NCBI GenBank assembly: GCA_964016885.1
Contig: OZ024744.1
Span: forward strand, 112,096,001 to 112,160,000
Direction: 5' to 3'
DNA: 64,000 bases
Source of the DNA: Eledone cirrhosa
Lineage: Eukaryota
Part shown: in pieces, positions 26,346 to 37,504 of the stretch
Layout: every line of letters starts with the position of its first letter
Position numbering within the stretch: the first letter of the stretch is position 1
The notes under the pieces: generated by a model
What the model saw: only the letters and a program-made list of their open reading frames with translations
Databases searched by the model: none
Told to the model about the DNA's origin: nothing
Made by a program: the position numbers and the translations under genes

Positions 26346-27019
26346 TATAGATAAACTTAAGAAAATTAACAAAGAGAAGACAAGAAAACGAACGGAAACA
26401 AATCAAAACGAAGAAGAATTTTTTTAAGGGGAAACTTAGAAAATTAATTTTTGAAAATAAAAATACAAATGAAAGACAGAACTCCATGGTCATCGGCTGT
26501 TGAGATCGGCAGTTTCGACCCCTACCAACAATATTGTTGGTCCATCCGGGGTCGCAGCATCTGATATAATCCAAACACTGTCCAGTGGAGTAAGAGATGA
26601 GGCAAAACATTAAATTATAGCAATTAAGCTAAGTGCTCATAGAATTTTGCGTGACGTCAGGGAAAAAGTGTGGTGCCTCTTATAGCACAAGGGACATAAA
26701 AGAAACAAATAAAAAAAAGGAAGAAAAAAGGAAGAAAGTAAGATATTGTGTTAAAAAATGTAAGCCATTGTAATAAATGGGGAGGAGAAGAGATAAACAC
26801 ATTAGTCAGTAAACTTATATATTTCTACTGCACTGTACCGGCTTTCTGAAATTCTTATTAATTATTTGATTGTATTTCAATCATATTTGTAACATAAGTT
26901 AAAAGTGGTTTTACATGATAGAAGATTTTAATTTATGTAGAAGCCCTTTAAAATGGATGGTTCAGATTGGAAGGGTTAAAGAAGAAATCATGTTTGCAGA
27001 TTTTGTTTTGATGCTAAGT

Positions 27020-27300
27020 GAGGGCACATGGCATAGTGGTAAGTTCATGAATTTTGATTCCTGGACTGGATGGTGAGTTGTGACCTTGAGCAGGACATAT
27101 TTTATGTGGCTTCAGTCCATTCAGCTAACAAAAATGAATTGTACTTGCAATTCAAGGGACCAGCCTTATCACTCACTGTCATCCTGAATCTCCCTGAGTA
27201 CTATGTTAAGTGTGCAAAAATCTGTGGGATGCAGTGTCACATGTTAATTTCATGAGCAGACAGTTCTGTTGATTGTATCAGGTGGAGCACTGATCATTGG
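27020..27300 (+). mobile_element. Old tRNA-derived SINE (CORE-like body)
   Basis: gggcacatggcatagtggtaag A box and gtgaccttgagcaggaca body; 3' part homologous to 21340-21590 on the minus strand. Confidence 0.6.
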
Positions 27301-27836
27301 AAACAAGAGAGCTCCACCAAAGACAGGCCCCAGCTGAAGCACTGATCATTGGAAACAAGAGAGCTCCAACAAATACAGGCCCCAGCTGAAGCACTGATCA
27401 TTGGAAACAAGAGAGCTCCAACAAAGACAGGCCCCAGCTGAAGCACTGATCATTGGAAACAAGAGAGCTCCAACAAAGACAGGCCCCAGCTGAAGCACTG
27501 ATCATTGGAAACAAGAGAGCTCCAACAAAGACAGGCCCCAGCTGAAGCACTGATCATTTGAAACAAGAGAGCTCCACCAAAGACAGGTCCCAGCTGAAGC
27601 ACTGATCATTTGAAACAAGAGAGCTCCAACAAAGACAGGCCCCAGCTGAAGCACTGATCATTGGAAACAAGAGAGCTCCAACAAAGACAGGCCCCAGCTG
27701 AAGCACTGATCATTTGAAACAAGAGAGCTCCACCAAAGACAGGTCCCAGCTGAAGCACTGATCATTTGAAACAAGAGAGCTCCACCAAAGACAGGTCCCA
27801 GCTGAAGCACTGATCATTTGAAACAACAGAGCTCCA
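27288..27836 (+). repeat. 52-bp minisatellite, about 10.5 copies
   Basis: Unit cactgatcattggaaacaagagagctccaacaaagacaggccccagctgaag at 27288, 27340, 27392 and onward. Confidence 0.95.
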
Positions 27837-27934
27837 AACACAAGCCTTAATCAAAGGTCAAGAGTTATTACAGGCTTTCAACCCACTTGAACATCAGAAA
27901 GCACTTTTCCACTTCATGGTTGACTGATTATTGT

Positions 27935-29435
27935 GTGTCTGTACGTCTGTATCAGAGTGTCCTGTAGGTTTGTATCAGTGTGTCTGTAGGTGTGTATCAG
28001 AGTATCTGTAGGTCTGTATCAGAGTGTCTGTAGGTCTGTATCAGTGTGTCTGTAAGTCTGTATTAGTGTGAGTGTGTGTATCAGTGTGTCTGTAGTTGTG
28101 TATCAGAGTGATTGAAAGTGTGTATCAGAGTGTCCTGTAGGTTTGTATCAGTGTGTCTGTAGGTGTGTATCAGAGTGTCTGTAGGTCTGTATCAGTGTAT
28201 CTGTAAGTCTGTATTAGTGTGAGTATCAGTGTGTCTGTAGGTGTGTATCAGAGTATCTGTAGGTCTGTATCAGAGTGTCTGTAGGTGTGTATCATAGTGT
28301 CTGTAGGTCTGTATCAGTGTGAGTGTGTGTATCATAGTGTCTGTAAGTCTGTATCAGAGTGTCTGTAGGTCTGTATAAGAGTGTCTGTAAGTCTGTATCA
28401 GTGTGTCTGTAAGTCTGTATCAGTGTGTCTGTAAGTCTGTATCAGAGTGTTTGTAGGTGTGTATCATAGTGTCTGTAGGTCTGTATCAGAGTGTCTGTAG
28501 GTCTGTATCATAGTGTCTGTAGGTCTGTATCAGTGTGAGTGTGTGTATCATAGTGTCTGTAAGTCTGTATCAGAGTGTCTGTAAGTCTGTATCAGTGTGT
28601 CTGTAGGTCTGTATCAGTGTGTCTGTAGGTGTGTATCAGTGTGTCTGTAGGTCTGTATCAGTGTGTTTGTAAGTCTGTATCAGTGTGTCTGTAGGTCTGT
28701 ATCAGTGTGTTTGTAAGTCTGTATCAGTGCGTCTGTAGGTCTGTATCAGTGTGTTTGTAAGTCTGTATCAGTGTATCTGTAGGTCTGTAGCAGAGTGTCT
28801 GTAAGTCTGTATCAGTGTATCTGTAAGTCTGTATCAATGTGAGTGTGTGTATCAGTGTGTCTGTAGGTCTGTATCAGTGTCTGTAGGTCTGTATCAGCTG
28901 TCTGTAGGTCTGTATCATAGTGTCTGTAGGTCTGTATCAGTGTGAGTGTGTGTATCATAGTGTCTGTAAGTCTGTATCAGAGTGTCTGTAAGTCTGTATC
29001 AGTGTGTCTGTAGGTCTGTATCAGTGTGTCTGTAGGTGTGTATCAGTGTGTCTGTAGGTCTGTATCAGTGTGTTTGTAAGTCTGTATCAGTGTGTCTGTA
29101 GGTCTGTATCAGTGTGTTTGTAAGTCTGTATCAGTGTGTCTGTAGGTCTGTATCAGTGTGTTTGTAAGTCTGTATCAGTGTATCTGTAGGTCTGTAGCAG
29201 AGTGTCTGTAAGTCTGTATCAGTGTATCTGTAAGTCTGTATCAATGTGAGTGTGTGTATCAGTGTGTCTGTAGGTCTGTATCAGTGTCTGTAGGTCTGTA
29301 TCAGCTGTCTGTAGGTCTGTATCAGTGTGTCTGTAGGTCTGTATCAGTGATGTCTGTAGGTCTGTATCAGTGATGTCTGTAGGTCTGTATCAGTGATGTC
29401 TGTAGGTCTGTATCAGTGCGTCTGTAGGTCTGTGT
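27935..29435 (+). repeat. Minisatellite with a unit of about 22 bp (agtgtgtctgtaggtctgtatc)
   Basis: Direct inspection; variant units with higher-order duplication. Confidence 0.95.
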
Positions 29436-29632
29436 GAGTGTGTGTCAGTGTGTGTGTGAGTGTGTGTCAGTGTGTGTGTCAGTGTGAGAGACGGAAGAGA
29501 GAACTATCAAAGTGGCTGGGAGAGGGGAGTACAGGTGGATAAAGGTAAATTCTGACATTGGCAACTTGAGTGCAAGAGAAGAGTGTGTGAGAAAGAAAGA
29601 AAAAGTGGGTATGAAAGAGAGGGAGAAAGCGA

Positions 29633-29712
<80 letters not shown>

Positions 29713-30001
29713 ATTTGTGCAAGAGAAAGAGGGTGTGTGAGAAGAGAGTGTAGCCAGTTATCTCTCTGTGACCATCCCTCTCACTGCCACACTAACCCCC
29801 CCCCCTCTCTCTCTCTACTACTAACAACACTCACAAGCTCTCTTGCTGCCAGTAACACACAAATGTACTACATCACCCTAGTTACATCACCCATCAAGTA
29901 CAAAATATTCTTGGCAGCAGCCACCTTGCCCAGGCGCTTCTTTCTACCACCACCACCACCACCTTGCCCAGGCGTATCTCTCCACCACCACCACCACCAC
30001 C

Positions 30002-30046
30002 ATGGCTAAGTGCATGTTAGCACCACCGCCGCCGCCAACGTCAGAA
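30002..30046 (+). CDS. Candidate first coding mini-exon MAKCMLAPPPPPTSE
   Basis: ccaccATGG Kozak context, 15 codons, then GAA|gtaaga donor; upstream unique sequence and a long (GA)n tract. No downstream exon found in the window. Confidence 0.3.
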
Positions 30047-30158
30047 GTAAGATAGATAGAAATAGAGAAAGGGAGGAGGGATGTATTAAGAGAGGTCAGC
30101 TTAGAACCAAATATACGATAAATATATATAAATATACGAATGATTATATATATGGATT

Positions 30159-30222
<64 letters not shown>

Positions 30223-30223
30223 G

Positions 30224-30265
<42 letters not shown>

Positions 30266-30291
30266 CTATATATATATATATATATATATAT

Positions 30292-30491
30292 AACAAAGGA
30301 ATTGTGGTAAGGAACCAGATGGACCATAACGCACCAGAGTACTCAACACTTAGGGTAGTAGAGTGGGAAATAGGAAAAAGTATGACCCTGACGGCAGAGC
30401 TCGAGCCGTTTCTACGGCTATTTCTGGACTATTTAGTCCAGAAATAGCCGTCGAAACGGCTTGAGCTCTGCCGTCGGGGTCATACTTTTTC

Positions 30492-30496
<5 letters not shown>
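30292..30496 (-). mobile_element. Neptune-family pseudo-LTR asymmetric palindrome
   Basis: High identity to 45228-45368; axis near 30432 (ctggact-attt-agtccag); in (TA)n. Confidence 0.85.
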
Positions 30497-30538
<42 letters not shown>

Positions 30539-30697
30539 GATGAAATCGAAAATGCAACTGGAGTCTTATTTAAAAAAATATATATATATTTATTTGGTTC
30601 CTTTACCGCTTTGGCAGTTCTTCTGCTTTTCAAAAGTAGAGTTGAGATGGAGGGTCTGTGGTTTTTCTCACATATATCTATATATATATATATATAT

Positions 30698-30901
30698 ATA
30701 AAGGAAAAAGTATGACCCCGACGGCAGAACTCAAGCCGTTTCGACGGCTATTTCTGGACTATTTAGTCCAGAAATAGCCGCCGAAACGGCTTGAGTTCTG
30801 CCGTCGGGGTCTTACTTTTTCCTATTTCCCACTCTACTACCCTAAGTGTTGAGTACTCTGGTGCGTTATGGTCCATCTGGTTCCTTACCACAATTCCTTT
30901 G

Positions 30902-30905
<4 letters not shown>
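30698..30905 (+). mobile_element. Neptune-family pseudo-LTR asymmetric palindrome (opposite orientation)
   Basis: Short left arm, axis near 30762, long right arm with tail; in (TA)n. Confidence 0.85.
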
Positions 30906-30936
<31 letters not shown>

Positions 30937-31260
30937 GGAAAATTTGAACAGTAACAAAACAGAGAGGCAGTACAACGAATGTTTATTAATTTCACGCTCT
31001 TGAGAGTGGGGTGGTGGTGGTGGGGAACGATGTTTCGGGCATAACCCCTTCTTCAGGTGAAAAGTGTGTGGGAAGAGAGTTCAAAGGGTGTGTAGGGGAG
31101 TGGTGGAGAGACATATAGCAAAAAAGGGGGTGGGAGGAAACGGTGCGAATGAAAATAAAAATAAAAACATGATAAAAATAAAAATAAAAATAAAAATAAA
31201 ATAAAAATAAAAATACACATGAAGTAGTTTCAGATGTTCATATATATATATATATATAGC

Positions 31261-31303
<43 letters not shown>

Positions 31304-31644
31304 GAGAGTGTGAGTTTCAGTAAGAGTAAACAGAAAAGAAAGCGACATGTTTATATATATATATGATATATATATATATATATATACACATTACCTATTG
31401 AGTACGCTGAGAATCAGCCGGTCCTGACATTGATAAATATGGTGGGTCAGTCAACTCCTCATATATATGTGTGTGTGTGTGTGTGCGTGCGCAGGCGTGC
31501 GTGTATAAGAGTATTTGCGTGTTAAACAGAAAAGTATACGATGGAAAGTAAGAGAGATTGGAAGGATGAATGGAGCGAGGGAGCGGGGTGTGGTGGGTGG
31601 GGGTTTATATAGGTAGGGGGAGCTAGTTTCAGAAGTGTCAAAAG

Positions 31645-32200
31645 TGTGGTGGGGTGTGGTGTAGTGTGGTGCAGTGTAGTATGGCGTGGCGTAGTGTAGT
31701 GTAGTGTAGTGTGCTGTAGTGTGGTGTGGTGAGGTGTGGTGTAATGAAGTGTAGTGTAGTGTGGTGTGGTGTAGTGTGGTGTATTGGAGTGTAGTGTAGT
31801 GTGGTGTGTTGTGGTGAGGTGTAGTGTGGTGTGGTGTAGTGTGGTGTAGTGTGGTATGGTGTAGTGTGGTGTAGTGTAGTATGGCGTGGTGTAGTGTAGT
31901 GTAGTGTGCTGTAGTGTGGTGTGGTGTGGTGTGGTGTGGTGTATTGAAGTGTAGTGTAGTGTGGTGTGGTGTGTGAGGTTGGTGTAGTGTAGTGTGGTGT
32001 GGTCTAGTGTGGTGTGGTGTACTGTAGTGTAGTGTAGTGTGGTGTGGTGTGTGTAGTGTAGTGCAGTGTAGTGTAGTGTAGTGTGGTCTAGTGTAGTGTG
32101 GGCTAGTGTAGTGTGGTCTAGTGTAGTGTAGTGTAGTGTAGTGTGGTGTGGTGTAGTGTAGGTGTGGTATAGTGTGGTGTGGTGTGGTGTAGTGTAGTGT
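31645..32200 (+). repeat. (GTGTR)n pentanucleotide repeat
   Basis: Direct inspection. Confidence 0.95.
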
Positions 32201-32204
32201 GGCC

Positions 32205-33455
32205 GAAATGGGGTTCCTCCTTGATAGAGTGCATAGCTTCGAGATCAGAGAGTCACTCCAGGTGGAGCTGCTACTTCTCTGGATTGAGAGATCACAGCTC
32301 TGATACTATGGACATGTGGTTAGAATATCTCAAGAAAGAATCCTGAATTGAGAGATCACAGCTCTGATACTACAGACATGTGGTTAGAATATCTCAGGAA
32401 AGAATCTCCAAATTGAGAGATCACAGCTCTGATACTATGTACATGTGGTTAGAATGTCTCAGGAAAGAATCTCTGGATTGAGAGATACAGCTTTGATACT
32501 ATGACATGTGGTTAGAATGTCTCAGGAAAGAATATCTGAATTGGGAGATCACAGCTCTGATACTACAGACATGGGGTTAGAATGTCTCAGGAAAGAATCT
32601 CTGATTTGGGAGATCACAGCTCCGATACAATGGGCATATGGTTAGAATGTCTCAGGAAAGAATATCTGAATTGGGAGATCACAGCTGTGATACTACAGAC
32701 ATGTGGTTAGAATGTCTCAGGAAAGAATCTCTGATTTGGGAGATCACAAGCTCCGATATTATGGGCATGTGGTTAGAATGTCTCAGGAAAGAATCTCTGA
32801 ATTGAGAGATCACAGCTGTGATACTATGGACATTGGTTAGAATGTCTCAGGAAAGAATCTCTGATTTGGGGAGAATCACAGCTCTGATACTATGACATGT
32901 GGTTAGAATGTCTCAGGAAAGAATCTCTGAATTGAGAGATCACAGCTCTGATACTATGGACATGTGGTTAGAATGTCTCAGGAAAGAATCTCTGATTTGG
33001 GAGATCACAGCTCTGATACTATGACATGTGGTTAGAATGTCTCAGGAAAGTATCTCTGAATTGGGAGATCACAGCTCTGATACTATGGACATGTGGTTAG
33101 AATGTCTCAGGAAAGAATCTCTGAATTGAGAGATCACAGCTCTGATACTATGACATGTGGTTAGAATGTCTCAGGAAAGAATCTCTGAATTGAGAGGTCA
33201 CAGCTCTGATACTATGGACATGTGGTTAGAATGTCTCAGGAAAGAATCTCTGAATTGAGAGGTCACAGCTCTGATACTACAGACATGTGGTTAGAATATC
33301 TCAGGAAAGAATATCTGAATTGGGAGATCACAGCTCTGATACTATGGACATGTGGTTAGAATGTCTCAGGAAAGAATCTCTGATTTGGGAGATCACAGCT
33401 CCGATACAATGGCATATGGTTAGAATGTCTCAGGAAAGAATCTCTGAATTGAGAG
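32205..33455 (+). repeat. RTE LINE fragment expanding into a 65-bp minisatellite (about 18 copies, runs into the assembly gap)
   Basis: Lead-in LDRVHSFEIRESLQVELLLLWIERSQL, then unit ctgaattgagagatcacagctctgatactatggacatgtggttagaatgtctcaggaaagaatct. Confidence 0.9.
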
Positions 33456-33655
33456 NNNNNNNNNNNNNNNNNNNNNNNNNNNNNNNNNNNNNNNNNNNNN
33501 NNNNNNNNNNNNNNNNNNNNNNNNNNNNNNNNNNNNNNNNNNNNNNNNNNNNNNNNNNNNNNNNNNNNNNNNNNNNNNNNNNNNNNNNNNNNNNNNNNNN
33601 NNNNNNNNNNNNNNNNNNNNNNNNNNNNNNNNNNNNNNNNNNNNNNNNNNNNNNN
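33456..33655. other. Assembly gap (200 N)
   Basis: Run of N; contiguity across it is not guaranteed. Confidence 1.
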
Positions 33656-33779
33656 GTAAAACATGACAAGAGAGAATTTTGTGACAGAAGAATGATGTGA
33701 GAATTTTTGAGGAAAAAAATTTAGCCCATTTGTTATAAACTGCTTCAAACTACTCCTTATACAGCAACACAAGATTGTA

Positions 33780-34050
33780 TTTAAGGGTGTTTATATTCAT
33801 TAAAAAAACTTTCCATCATTAATTTTAATATGATAATATTTGTTATGTTCCAAATAACAGCTTAATAATAAGAAAGTTAGTTAAATTCTTGATGATTTTC
33901 ATAATTGCTTAAGATCATAAACAGTGTCTTTTATTAGAAATATGGTAATGAAAGGGATAAAATGTTTATATTTATATAAAAAAATGAAATTTTTGAGTAT
34001 TTTCAAAATTATTTGTCTTTCTTTAGAAATATGGTAATGAAAGGGTTAAG
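33780..34050 (+). mobile_element. Old TTAA-ended (piggyBac-like) MITE right-end fragments, duplicated
   Basis: gaaatatggtaatgaaagggwtaa occurs twice; related ends at about 6340, 20396, 21275, 59029 and 60543. Confidence 0.5.
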
Positions 34051-34389
34051 ATACCTTTCAATTTTTGGAACCAAAATTAAGATACAATGGCAAAGTAGTC
34101 TCAGACTAAGCACTGGAATAGCTTTTTATGACTTTCATCACTGAAGAGACTTAACACTTAAAAAAAAATAATTTGAAGCTTTTCGACGTTACATGACGTT
34201 CCTTGAAGGGAACACACTTTACAGCAAAAGTAGACTGGGTCATTTGAGTGTTTTGACCCTTTTCATATTATCCCTACCAAAACCACCCATTTTAAAGGAC
34301 CACTGTTTCAATTAAAACCTTCTAACATAATTGTATACATGTTAAGAGATGTTACAAATCTCTTGATTATAAAATAATTGATAATTCTA

Positions 34390-34541
34390 GAAAATCTTTC
34401 TAAATTCTTCATTAATTGAAATGCAGTGCATTTCATTAGAAATACAACCATGAAAGAGTTGAATATATTCAACTCTTTCATGGTTGTATTTCTAATGAAA
34501 TACACTGCATTTCAATTAATGAAGAATTTAGAAAGATTTTC
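34390..34541. repeat. Near-perfect 76-bp-arm palindrome, followed by a second hairpin at 34539-34575
   Basis: Axis gaata|tattc at 34465/34466 with one mismatch; arm sequence resembles the TTAA-MITE end. Confidence 0.9.
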
Positions 34542-35078
34542 AGGCAATGTTGTCCATTGGGCAACATTGCCTGAATATCAACTGCTGCATGATAAAGTGG
34601 CAACAATGCACCATTTAGCAAACAGGCATCAACAACAAAATGGTTAACAAAGAGTATTTAGTAAAATATATTTACATCAAACATTGAATATAAATAATTG
34701 TTTCTACTTTTTGGCACAAGGCCACCAATTATCCCAGTGCATTACTGGTACTTTATTTTATCGACCCCACGGGGGATGTAAGTCAAAGTTAACCTGGGCA
34801 GGATTTCAATAGAAAAAAAAAACCACACAAGCTCTGCACATAGTATTCAGTAAACCGTACACAAACACACACATACATACATACATATTGACACACATAG
34901 ACACACACACACATACACAAAATATAAACACCGGATGTGACATCTAGTGAACATGAAAAACTATGGCAGACACATTAAATGACAACAGGGAAACTGGTTG
35001 GAAGATTAGAGTTGCCATTCTGATATATATATATAATGTGTATGTGATTATATGCATATGTGTGTGTATATATATATA

Positions 35079-35145
<67 letters not shown>

Positions 35146-35156
35146 GTGTGTGTGTG

Positions 35157-35187
<31 letters not shown>

Positions 35188-35366
35188 ATATATATGTGTG
35201 TGTATATATATATATGTGTGTGTGTATATATATACATATATGTGTGTGTGTATATATATATATATGTGTGTGTGTATATATATATATGTGTGTATATATA
35301 TATATACATATAAACACATAAATATACATATATATGTACACATATATATACATAAATAAACATATG

Positions 35367-35398
<32 letters not shown>

Positions 35399-35409
35399 CA
35401 CACATACAC

Positions 35410-35441
<32 letters not shown>

Positions 35442-35492
35442 ACATATATATAGACACATATACATATATACATATATATAGACACATATATA

Positions 35493-35715
35493 TGAGGGTA
35501 ATCCCAAAAGTAAGGTCTCCAAAGCGATGGGGACGCAGAGAAACTGTTCATATGGCTGTTGGCAACACTGTTGTGATTGGTGCTTCCTTCACTCCCCAAA
35601 CAAGCATGCGCCCGCTTCTTCGCTGGGATGCTCGATCTTGGCTTGGCAGCCATTGACAATGGAGCTCCCGTTGAACGCTACCGCAGCCAAGTGCGAATTT
35701 CGCGCAGTTATTATA
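35493..35715 (+). mobile_element. Mariner left end (TIR, leader, first transposase codons)
   Basis: TA + tgagggtaatcccaaaagtaaggtctcc TIR; [18 protein letters not shown] resembles a mariner transposase N-terminus. Confidence 0.7.
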
Positions 35716-35717
35716 TA

Positions 35718-35868
35718 CGAGGGAAATCCCAAAAGTAAGGTCTCCTTCCCAGGAAAACATGCGTAAAGATCGGCGGAACACCCTGAGGTTTCCCGAAGCA
35801 CCATCGACAGGATTATAACGGAGAAGTTGCAATATCGGAAGGAGACCTTACTTTTGCGATTGCCCTTG
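35718..35868. mobile_element. 151-bp mariner-derived MITE
   Basis: TIRs cgagggaaatcccaaaagtaaggtctccttcc / ggaaggagaccttacttttgcgattgcccttg; TA on both sides. Confidence 0.85.
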
Positions 35869-35970
35869 TATATATATATATATATATATACATATATACA
35901 CATATATCCACACTGCCTATACTGGAATTCAAATATCAAGACCGTAGAGGTATGTCATATATCAAATCAT

Positions 35971-36035
35971 ATATTTTATCTGAGGAGGACACACTGAAAG
36001 AACAACACAGTACCTTCGAAGTACATATAATAAAG
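35971..36035 (+). ncRNA. Hammerhead relic (GAAA mutated to GAAG)
   Basis: ttttat CTGAGGA gga...ttc GAAG tacata TA ataaag; flank homologous to 41301-41377. Confidence 0.5.
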
Positions 36036-36232
36036 CATATATTTTGATTATGTGAATATCTTCATTTGTTAATATTTTGAATAACACAAATATACGTATA
36101 AACGTCCGCTTTTCCCTGCTTGCAAGGGATATACATATATATATATATATACATATATACATGAATACATATATACATATATATATATACATATATACAT
36201 ATGTATACATATATATATATACATATATATAT

Positions 36233-36365
36233 ATTAGCCGTCGAAACGGCTTGAGCTCAGCTGTCGGGGTCTTACTGGTTCCTATTACCCACTCTACTAC
36301 CTCAAGTATTGAGTACTTTGGTGCGTTATGGTCCACCTGGTTCCTTACCACATTTCCTTCGTTAT
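36233..36365 (+). mobile_element. Neptune-family pseudo-LTR 3' fragment with tail
   Basis: Reverse complement of 45228-45359, apparently identical; in (TA)n. Confidence 0.85.
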
Positions 36366-36569
36366 ATATATACATATATATATATACATATATATATATA
36401 TACATATACATATATATATATATACATATACATATATATACATATACATATATATATATATACATATACATATATATACATATACATATATATATATATA
36501 CATATACATATATATATATACATATATACATACATACATATATATATACATATATATACATATATATAC

Positions 36570-36616
<47 letters not shown>

Positions 36617-36621
36617 CATAC

Positions 36622-36652
<31 letters not shown>

Positions 36653-36815
36653 CATATATATACATATATATACATATATATACATATATATACATATATA
36701 TACATATATATATATACATATATATATATATACATATATATACATATATATATATACATATATATACATATATATACATATATATATATACATATATATA
36801 CATATATATATATAC

Positions 36816-36862
<47 letters not shown>

Positions 36863-37009
36863 CATATATACATATATATATATATACATATATATATACA
36901 CATATATATATATACATATATATATATACATATATACATATATACATACATACATATATACATATATATATATATACACATATATATACATATATATATA
37001 TACATGTAT

Positions 37010-37160
37010 ACATGGTGGCTGCCAACTCGTTTTCGAGTATGGCCACTACTTTATATCCATGTAGGAGAACCCCCACCGATGCGCTGAACGAGTGTGACTT
37101 TTTAGTCCAGCTAGCGACTTGAAAACTCTGGTACAAACACTACACTTGTGACAAAACATG
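37010..37160 (-). mobile_element. RTE (BovB-like) extreme 3' end encoding the terminal C2H2 finger
   Basis: [22 protein letters not shown], then 3' UTR ending gcagccaccatg; second copy at 61443-61590. Confidence 0.65.
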
Positions 37161-37504
37161 TATACATACATATATACATATACACATATATATATATATA
37201 TATACAGACATATACATATACACACATATATATATATACACACATATATATATATACACATATATACTTATATACAAACGGAGGAAGTTATAGTTCACTT
37301 GAAGCATTGTGTAATGAGGTATAAGCGTTTGTATATGTATAATAAAGCCAAAACAATGCAGGTATGGAAATAGAATAAAGAATGCAAATGCAAAAGATAT
37401 TGTTGACAATTAGTCTTTTACCTTAGATTTATTTAAATGTCTTTAATTTTCGAAATATTATCTCTTCTTCGGAGGGAAGTAAAGCGGTTAAACCAGTGTT
37501 CTAA

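Noticed and set aside
26485-26570. Minus-strand gacccc...ggggtc GAAA ctg...cag hairpin
   Set aside because: No CUGANGA and no UH triplet; at best a decayed relic.
26652-26659. CRE site TGACGTCA
   Set aside because: A single 8-mer with no supporting promoter context.
27330-27365. Hammerhead-like ctgaag...gaaac in the 52-bp repeat
   Set aside because: Core is CUGAAGC or CUGAUCA and stems I and III do not pair.
30618-30646. Possible extra bulged-hairpin instance (ttc-ttctgctttt...aaaagtagag-tt-gag); partial ones at 31395 and 48590
   Set aside because: Lower stem deviates or is truncated, so not counted as evidence.
33287-33772. ORFs spanning the N gap
   Set aside because: Artefacts of translating Ns.
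37046-37140. Host C2H2 zinc-finger exon
   Set aside because: Single finger followed by an RTE-type 3' end and repeated at 61443; it is a LINE terminus.
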